Assembly: GCA_030668825.1 (NCBI GenBank)
Contig: DAOVET010000067.1
Span: 1-14,345 of the forward strand
Length of the DNA: 14,345 nt
Direction of reading: 5' to 3'
Origin: Candidatus Heimdallarchaeota archaeon
GTDB taxonomy: Archaea > Asgardarchaeota > Heimdallarchaeia > Heimdallarchaeales > Heimdallarchaeaceae
Under the pieces are notes generated by a model. It was given only the letters and a program-made list of their open reading frames with translations. It had not been told where the DNA came from and ran no database searches. The translations under genes were made by a program, and so were the position numbers. Below, piece by piece: positions 8,388-14,345 of this stretch (position 1 is the stretch's first letter; the number at the start of each line of letters is the position of its first letter).

Positions 8388-9224
8388 TTGAAAAAAATTG
8401 GTATTGTCACAGTTTTGTTTTTAATCATAGCACCAATAGCTTTGCAAACCTCTGCTGTAACCGTTCCTGATGGTTTTTATTTCCATCATGAATTAGTTGA
8501 AGGAGCTGTATTGGAATGGGAGTTGAAAAAGAATGCATTCAACTTTGAAGGCGTTGAAGAAGTAGATTATGACATAGTTGCTGGAGTTGAATGGGGAGTA
8601 GGTTCAGTATTTAAGATGGTACTTACACAAGATCTCAATGATCTTCCATTAACTAACCCTGAGGAACTTTTCTCATATTCTGGAAATTGGGCAGATTTCT
8701 ATCTCGATGATGTTCTAATAACTGCAAACTCAACAGATATTGAATTCTTTGATTATACTACAGGTATGTTATATGGCACATTTGCAAGTGGATTATTTCC
8801 ATTCATTTTACCATTAACCTATGTATATGGATCAACAAATTCTAGTTTCTTTGAGCTCTTCTATACCGAACTGAAAGCAAATGAAATTTCAGAATCACCT
8901 GAACCAGGTGTTGAGGTATACTACACAGTAGAACTAACAGAGAAGAAATTGGAAGTTAATTCTGGTGTAAATATGAAGCTTTCGGAAGGAGGAATTACTA
9001 TTTCAGGAGAAATAACTTTAGACATTGTCTATGATGCCATAGATGGAGTACTTGATGAAATCAAAATTTTTATGAAAGTAAGTGCAATGGGTTTCACAAT
9101 AAAATACAACTTCCTCTTGCAAAATATCACAAGTCCTAATAATTTGGCTTTTGAATGGGTTACTGGTCTTGTTGCATTCTTCGGAATAGGTGTTATTGTA
9201 GTAGCTTTAAAGAAAAGGAGATAA
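8388..9224 (+). CDS. Secreted/surface protein with a C-terminal membrane anchor (CTERM-like sorting signal)
   Basis: Probable start TTG 8388, based on SD spacing (the track uses GTG 8373), giving signal peptide MKKIGIVTVLFLIIAPIALQTSA. Acidic beta-rich body with 3 N-x-S/T sequons. Ends AFEWVTGLVAFFGIGVIVVALKKRR (TM helix plus basic tail). Confidence 0.8.
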   Translation: MKKIGIVTVLFLIIAPIALQTSAVTVPDGFYFHHELVEGAVLEWELKKNAFNFEGVEEVDYDIVAGVEWGVGSVFKMVLTQDLNDLPLTNPEELFSYSGNWADFYLDDVLITANSTDIEFFDYTTGMLYGTFASGLFPFILPLTYVYGSTNSSFFELFYTELKANEISESPEPGVEVYYTVELTEKKLEVNSGVNMKLSEGGITISGEITLDIVYDAIDGVLDEIKIFMKVSAMGFTIKYNFLLQNITSPNNLAFEWVTGLVAFFGIGVIVVALKKRR

Positions 9225-9234
9225 CCTCTCCAAA

Positions 9235-9248
9235 CTTTTTTATTTTGG
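9235..9248 (+). terminator. Oligo-T terminator
   Basis: T-rich tract shortly after the stop at 9224. Confidence 0.4.
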
Positions 9249-9296
9249 TAGCCTTAATGCGAACATTTTTTTGTGAAATTTCACTATTTGTAAATT

Positions 9297-12005
9297 ATGA
9301 ATTCGAAAAAGAATCTTATTTTCTTAGGAATCATTATTGTTTTTCTAGTAATTCCAATTGTACCACAACAAGGAACATATGCTAATTATTCGATAAGAGA
9401 AATAACCAACGATTCAAGCGACTTTACTGAAAAGAATAATTTACCAAAATTCTTACCTCCACCACCAACAAATCCAAACTATACTTATACTTATTTCAAT
9501 GGTTTGGGGATTGATTTTGCAGAAAACATCTTTAATACAGTAGGTGATTTTTTTCCTTTTACAAGCATACCTACAACTAGATTATATGACTTAACTTCAG
9601 TTCAATATGCTCTAACTTGCATAGATTTATACTATGTCTTGAGTGATGTTTATTATCTGGATGAAGCCAGGAATGCCGCTGACTCGATGAACCTTGATGT
9701 AAATAATACATATATCATAGGAGATGATTTTGGGTCTTTCTATGAAATGAATGCAGATGAAAATTTCCTACTTGTTGTTATGTATGAACGTTTAGCTAGA
9801 GCATTAGAAGTTGATGGAGACATCTTTAATGCAAGCAATATTTGGTCTCGCGCAAATTCTCTAATGACTAATCTAACTAATCTATTCTATGATCCTATTA
9901 GTAAAACTGTTAATACAACGATAACAATAAGTTCAGTTAATTTCACAGTGACAGGAATAGTACCCTATACTTCAGCAAGAGCAACAGGGTTATTTTCTAT
10001 AGCCAATTATTTAGCAAATGATAGCTCTATCTATTATACAGAAACTAGGAATGCTATTGATTTTTACAGAGGAATTGGTAATAGAACTTTAATGCTCCCT
10101 ATCGGTGATTATGGCTTTCTTTATCAAACAACGGTAAGTCAAGGAGGGGCTTCAGATAACGAAGCCGATCTTCAAGGAAACATCTATATGAATACAGCAT
10201 TGGCTCAACATAGTGAATACCTAACAAGTATAGGCGATGTAGCAAAAGGTCTAGATTATTTCAATTGGACTACTATGGGTGAAGAAGCCATAAAGGAATT
10301 CTTCAAAAGTCCTGATACTAGTTTACTACATACCAAATATGAATTTGGTGGAAGTATTCTTGCAGATGTTGCTTTAACTTATGATAACTGTCTCTACTTA
10401 TCACATTTAATTGAATATAAGAGAAGTCGTTTAAGCATTACAGGCATAACTCCTTCTTTTATGGAGATTAATGACTTGTTTGAAACCCTATTTTCCAGCG
10501 TGTTTTTAGAACCTGATATCTTCTTAGCAGGAATAACAAAAACTGGAGCAATTCTAGATTTAATCTATGATCTACCTCACAGTAATCCACATATCGTGAA
10601 CTATCAAGCTGTTACAATGATGCTCAAATTCTACCCACTCGTTTCTATGTTAGTCTATCCCACTCAGATAGAATTAAACCAGAAAAATGAACTAGAGTGG
10701 ATATTTGATTTGGCAGAAACCACATCAATTTTTGGAAGTAGTAATGAATCATTTTCATTTAATTTTGGATTTCAAATCTCATCCCAAACTCTATTCAACA
10801 TACAGTATCCTCTAAATCACAGGATGAATACTACATCATTAAATGGGATAAGAGTCCAAAATGCTCATAGAGTGAAATTGAATCTAACAGTTGATGAAGG
10901 TGGAGATCATGAAATTACTTTTAAGGTCTACTTTTCCAATTTCTTAGTTTTTGATACTCTATTCAGCATTTATATAGAAAAAGATATCATAATTATTACT
11001 GATACAGACATGGAAGTAACTGAACTAGTGGATCGAGAACTAATATTGACTATTCTATTAGAGGATGAAACTGGTTTAGGTATAGATGATGCAGAAGTAA
11101 CTATTTTTCCAGAATATGCCTCAGGAAAAACTGGATTTACTGATAGTTTTGGATATGTAACTTTCTATTTGCCAATTGAGGAATTAATGCCCATTGTCTT
11201 ACCTGAAGACACAGAGTCGACATTTAACTCTACAATTTGGATAGTTGCATTCAAAGGTGGCCATAGAACTGTTTGGATTGAAAGAGTTATAACTGTAAGA
11301 ATGAATAATTTGATATTGGATCTGAATCCTTCTCCTCCTGAAGTTAAAGAAGCTTCTGATTTATCTCTCTATCTTGATGTTCAATCTAGAATTCAAGCAT
11401 CTATCTTCAACCCAGTGGCTAGGATTTTCATAAACTCTATTCCATATGAAGATAAGAGTCATAAAAAATCTTGGAATCTTCCGACGACGGTGATTATTGG
11501 TAAAGAATGGTTGAAGAATGGAACATCTGAACCAATTATAGTAGATGTAATGATTTCTGCTGACGGTTTAAAAGAGGATCAACATTTTTCATTTGAAATT
11601 CTAGTTGAACCATTAGGTACTCTGGAAAGGATTTACTTGTGGTTCGAAACAGCTTTACGAAATGATGCTGTAAAAATAGTTGGTGCATTAGGTGTGATTT
11701 GGGGTCTATTCTGGAGACAATTCAGTCTTTATGTGATTAGAAGAACCAGGAGATGTCCTTATTGTGGGGATGTCACAAAAAGGAAATACCAATACTGTAA
11801 GAACTGTGGGTTGAAAGATGAATCACTAGAGTACAGAAAAGAAGTGAAGAGGAAACAGAAGGAAGCAAGAATTGTTACTGCTGAAACTGAATCTCTTGAA
11901 GAAACTACTCATCAGCCTGCTCAACCAACTATACAACAACCTCAAGTTGAAGAGAAATTCGATAATACTTACGAAAGAAAAAATAATGACGACTACAATT
12001 ACTAA
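9297..12005 (+). CDS. Large type I membrane/surface glycoprotein: helical (six-hairpin-like) ectodomain, Ig-like stalk, TM helix and cytoplasmic C4 zinc ribbon
   Basis: N-terminal signal; PPPPT linker; LYYVLSDVYYLDEARNAAD resembles (alpha/alpha)6-barrel repeats; LLEDETGLGIDDAEVTI...TDSFGYVTF resembles an Ig/Big_1-like domain; TM AVKIVGALGVIWGLFW; CPYCG-x8-CKNCG. Confidence 0.8.
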   Translation: MNSKKNLIFLGIIIVFLVIPIVPQQGTYANYSIREITNDSSDFTEKNNLPKFLPPPPTNPNYTYTYFNGLGIDFAENIFNTVGDFFPFTSIPTTRLYDLTSVQYALTCIDLYYVLSDVYYLDEARNAADSMNLDVNNTYIIGDDFGSFYEMNADENFLLVVMYERLARALEVDGDIFNASNIWSRANSLMTNLTNLFYDPISKTVNTTITISSVNFTVTGIVPYTSARATGLFSIANYLANDSSIYYTETRNAIDFYRGIGNRTLMLPIGDYGFLYQTTVSQGGASDNEADLQGNIYMNTALAQHSEYLTSIGDVAKGLDYFNWTTMGEEAIKEFFKSPDTSLLHTKYEFGGSILADVALTYDNCLYLSHLIEYKRSRLSITGITPSFMEINDLFETLFSSVFLEPDIFLAGITKTGAILDLIYDLPHSNPHIVNYQAVTMMLKFYPLVSMLVYPTQIELNQKNELEWIFDLAETTSIFGSSNESFSFNFGFQISSQTLFNIQYPLNHRMNTTSLNGIRVQNAHRVKLNLTVDEGGDHEITFKVYFSNFLVFDTLFSIYIEKDIIIITDTDMEVTELVDRELILTILLEDETGLGIDDAEVTIFPEYASGKTGFTDSFGYVTFYLPIEELMPIVLPEDTESTFNSTIWIVAFKGGHRTVWIERVITVRMNNLILDLNPSPPEVKEASDLSLYLDVQSRIQASIFNPVARIFINSIPYEDKSHKKSWNLPTTVIIGKEWLKNGTSEPIIVDVMISADGLKEDQHFSFEILVEPLGTLERIYLWFETALRNDAVKIVGALGVIWGLFWRQFSLYVIRRTRRCPYCGDVTKRKYQYCKNCGLKDESLEYRKEVKRKQKEARIVTAETESLEETTHQPAQPTIQQPQVEEKFDNTYERKNNDDYNY

Positions 12006-12027
12006 CTTTTTTTCCTTTTTCTTTTTT
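12006..12027 (+). terminator. Oligo-T terminator between convergent genes
   Basis: ctttttttccttttctttttt after the TAA ending at 12005. Confidence 0.55.
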
Positions 12028-13336
12028 ATATTTCTTTAACTAATTTTGTAATTTCGTTTCTACAAGGGGCAGGAAAGATTAACAGATTATTATACTTGGG
12101 TTTTGTCAAGCTTGTTATGACGTCTGATACCTCAGAAAGTTGTTTCAATTGACCATCTTTCATTTTAATCATAATAGCATTTCGATCAGTCTCTTCGTAA
12201 GGAGTATAATATCTACTACCAAACTGATCTATATCCCAGCTGATTGTAGGATAACCATGTTTCCTAACAATGAAATTGATTTTATCTGAATTTTCTAAGA
12301 CCTTCAAAGCCATATCTTCTGTTAATGGAATGCTTTTGAACAAATTCCTACGAAGTATTTCATTTGCTAATTTCTTGATGAAATCATCATTTTGTTCTTT
12401 AGCTACGGAATAATGCAATTGGGTATATATCACATCATCAGTTAGAGTCATCAAAGTTTTCCAATTTGGCTTATCTGTAAAATCCTTCAAAAATGGGAGA
12501 CTAGCTATGTTCTTCCCCTCATCGATTTTCTGAATTAATTGAGAAATGAAAAGTTTTAACATGTACTCATAACATCTGACTGTTTTGTGGAAGTAAACTC
12601 TGCTAAACTGCATATACAAAGCTAGAAATACTTGCTCTATGGATTGTACTCCTTTTTCTCTGATAATAATTGTTCCATTCTTTGTTAATTCCATCATATC
12701 AAATAATCTTTCAAGATTGTACATTCCAAATGATACACCAGTTGCAACAGAATCTCTCATTAGATAGTCAAGAGCATCAGAATCTAATTGCGAGTTTATG
12801 ATTTGATTTTTAAATGGTTTATCATCTACACTTTTCCCCTGAATAAGGTTACCAATTTGCTTTCTATTATAGCCTTCTTTTTCTAAAATTACCGCAATCT
12901 CCGATTCTTCATCAAGTACAATTTGTTCAGATATATTTTCATGTCTTTGAAATATCCCATACTTATTAGTACAGTTAGAATTTTCATAATTCTTACATAA
13001 CATTTTTGTTGTATCTTCAAACATATGAGAAAATGGACCGTGACCTATGTCATGGATTAAAGCTGTTAAACTTACTTGTTTAATCTCATCCTCAGTAAAG
13101 ATATTTGGGTGTTTCTTGTTAAGAAATTGACCTATTCTGTTTGCAACATGGTGTGTTCCCAAACTATGCATAAACCTACTGTGAGTTGCTGAAGGATAAG
13201 ATACTGAAACTCCCCCAAGCTGTATAATGCGTCTTAATCTTTGGAATTCCCATGTATCAATGATGTCAATTATTACTTTATCATAAATATCAATATACTT
13301 GTGAACTTGATCTGCAATGGACCTATAAACAGACAT
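12026..13336 (-). CDS. HD-domain phosphohydrolase, SAMHD1/YdhJ (dNTP triphosphohydrolase-like) family
   Basis: EFQRLRRIIQLG, YPSATHSRFMHSLG, ALIHDIGHGPFSHMFE, RHE, QLDSDALDYLMRDS, VYFHKT. The likely start is ATG 13336 (MSVYRSIADQVH, 436 aa); the track's start at 13405 extends into the promoter. Confidence 0.9.
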   Translation of the reverse strand: MSVYRSIADQVHKYIDIYDKVIIDIIDTWEFQRLRRIIQLGGVSVSYPSATHSRFMHSLGTHHVANRIGQFLNKKHPNIFTEDEIKQVSLTALIHDIGHGPFSHMFEDTTKMLCKNYENSNCTNKYGIFQRHENISEQIVLDEESEIAVILEKEGYNRKQIGNLIQGKSVDDKPFKNQIINSQLDSDALDYLMRDSVATGVSFGMYNLERLFDMMELTKNGTIIIREKGVQSIEQVFLALYMQFSRVYFHKTVRCYEYMLKLFISQLIQKIDEGKNIASLPFLKDFTDKPNWKTLMTLTDDVIYTQLHYSVAKEQNDDFIKKLANEILRRNLFKSIPLTEDMALKVLENSDKINFIVRKHGYPTISWDIDQFGSRYYTPYEETDRNAIMIKMKDGQLKQLSEVSDVITSLTKPKYNNLLIFPAPCRNEITKLVKEI

Positions 13337-13385
13337 TATGTATTTTGAACAGAAAGAGTTCATAACTGTTTTGTATGAATAGATA

Positions 13386-13404
13386 TCTGGACAGCTTCTG
13401 GACA
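13386..13404. repeat. Direct repeat TCTGGACA x2 with an 11-bp period in the divergent promoter
   Basis: tctggaca at 13386-13393 and 13397-13404. Confidence 0.6.
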
Positions 13405-13444
13405 AATGTTCATATATTTTACTTCATAGTGTGTTGTGAGAAGA

Positions 13445-14345
13445 ATGAAAATAGCTATGATAGGAACTGGATATGTTGGTTTGGTTACAGGAACTTGTTT
13501 TGCTAGCAAAGGTCATAATGTAATCTGTGTTGATGTTATTGAAGAAAAGATAAAGAAAATTAACGAAGGTATTGCTCCCATCTTTGAAGAAGGATTAGAT
13601 GAAATGTTACAAACCATGGTGTCTAAAGGAAACATAAAAGCTACACTTAACATGAGTGAAGCGATAGCTGAATCAGAATTAATCTATATCTGCGTTGGGA
13701 CACCTACACGCGAAGACGGTGCTTATGATTATACTTTTCTAAAGGATGCAGCACAGAAAATAGGCGAAGAATTAAGCAAAACCGATCAGTATAAGGTAAT
13801 TGCTGTAAAGAGTACATGCTCTCCTGGAACCACTGTGAACCTAGTTAAACCAATATTGGAAGAAACTAGTCAAAGGATTGCTGGAAAGGATTTTGGTTTA
13901 GGGATGAACCCTGAGTTTCTAAGAGAAGGGGTTGCTATAAGAGATTTTTTGGAACCAGATAGAATAGTAATAGGAGGAATTGATAAGAAATCTCAGGAGA
14001 TGATAGGAAAATCTTACAAAGACCTTGATAGCCCTATTCTCTATGTTGATCCAACATCTGCTGAAATGATAAAAATTGCTGCAAATTCCTTTTTGGCTAT
14101 GAAAATCTCATTTATTAATGAGATAGCAAATATTGCTGAAAAAATTGGGACTGACATAATAGACATTGCGAAAGGCATAGGTATGGATGACCGAATTTCA
14201 GACAAATTCTTACGAGCTGGGCTTGGATATGGCGGGAGTTGTATAACAGGAGATGATTTCATTCTATTAGGAAATTCTACTCCTGAGATTGCTACTTCTA
14301 AAGAATTATATGAAAAATTTCAATTTAACAAGAATATTCAAGCTA
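13445..14345 (+). CDS. ugd: UDP-glucose/GDP-mannose 6-dehydrogenase (AglM-like), 3'-truncated by the window and intein-containing; absent from the ORF track
   Basis: My translation from ATG 13445 gives MKIAMIGTGYVGLVTG (Rossmann motif), ICVGTP, VKST, NPEFLREG, PDRIVIG, SAEMIKIAANSFLAMKISFINE and FLRAGLGYGGSC. No stop before the window end. Confidence 0.96.
   Translation, partial: MKIAMIGTGYVGLVTGTCFASKGHNVICVDVIEEKIKKINEGIAPIFEEGLDEMLQTMVSKGNIKATLNMSEAIAESELIYICVGTPTREDGAYDYTFLKDAAQKIGEELSKTDQYKVIAVKSTCSPGTTVNLVKPILEETSQRIAGKDFGLGMNPEFLREGVAIRDFLEPDRIVIGGIDKKSQEMIGKSYKDLDSPILYVDPTSAEMIKIAANSFLAMKISFINEIANIAEKIGTDIIDIAKGIGMDDRISDKFLRAGLGYGGSCITGDDFILLGNSTPEIATSKELYEKFQFNKNIQA
14240..14345 (+). 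mobile_element. Intein N-terminus (block A) inserted at the catalytic Cys of Ugd
   Basis: After GYGGS the expected CFPKD is replaced by CITGDDFILLGNSTPEIATSKELYEKF, which resembles intein block A (C-x-x-G-D-x-x-hydrophobic...xxELYE). The frame stays open. Confidence 0.85.

Noticed and set aside
9155-9385. 76-aa Cys-rich ORF bridging two genes
   Set aside because: It overlaps both neighbours out of frame; the Cys residues come from shifted Val/Leu codons.
13337-13405. N-terminal extension of the HD protein in the ORF track
   Set aside because: It would occupy the divergent promoter; family similarity begins after Met at 13336.
14041-14262. 73-aa minus-strand ORF
   Set aside because: Antisense shadow of ugd.
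14240-14345. Frameshift/pseudogene explanation for the loss of Ugd similarity
   Set aside because: No FPKD is visible in the other frames just after the Cys codon, the frame stays open, and the new sequence resembles intein block A.
1-14345. CRISPR arrays, tRNA/rRNA, IS elements or a defence island (HD protein as antiviral dNTPase)
   Set aside because: No spaced repeats, structured GC-rich RNA segments or transposase were seen. Intergenic gaps are at most about 115 bp, and no other defence genes flank the HD gene.

Overview
AT-rich, gene-dense archaeal-looking DNA. Oligo-T terminators, GGTGA ribosome-binding sites, probable leaderless genes and heavily N-glycosylatable surface proteins suggest an Asgard/Heimdallarchaeia-like origin (inference). 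From left to right: (1) the 3' end of an ABC exporter ATPase/permease with an unusual Met/Lys/Gly tail; (2) a convergent APH-family phosphotransferase with altered catalytic motifs; (3) a small polytopic membrane protein; (4) a same-strand cell-envelope cluster made of a 1434-aa FtsX/MacB-type permease with an extra N-terminal, probably beta-propeller, ectodomain, a tandem double-NBD LolD-type ATPase with an AbrB-like linker and one degenerate signature, a C-terminally anchored surface protein, and a 902-aa receptor-like protein (helical ectodomain, Ig-like stalk, TM helix, cytoplasmic zinc ribbon); (5) a convergent SAMHD1-like HD phosphohydrolase lacking two conserved basic residues; (6) a divergent UDP-glucose 6-dehydrogenase, missing from the ORF track, that runs off the window and appears to be interrupted by an intein at its catalytic cysteine. 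No RNA genes, CRISPR arrays or IS elements were seen.
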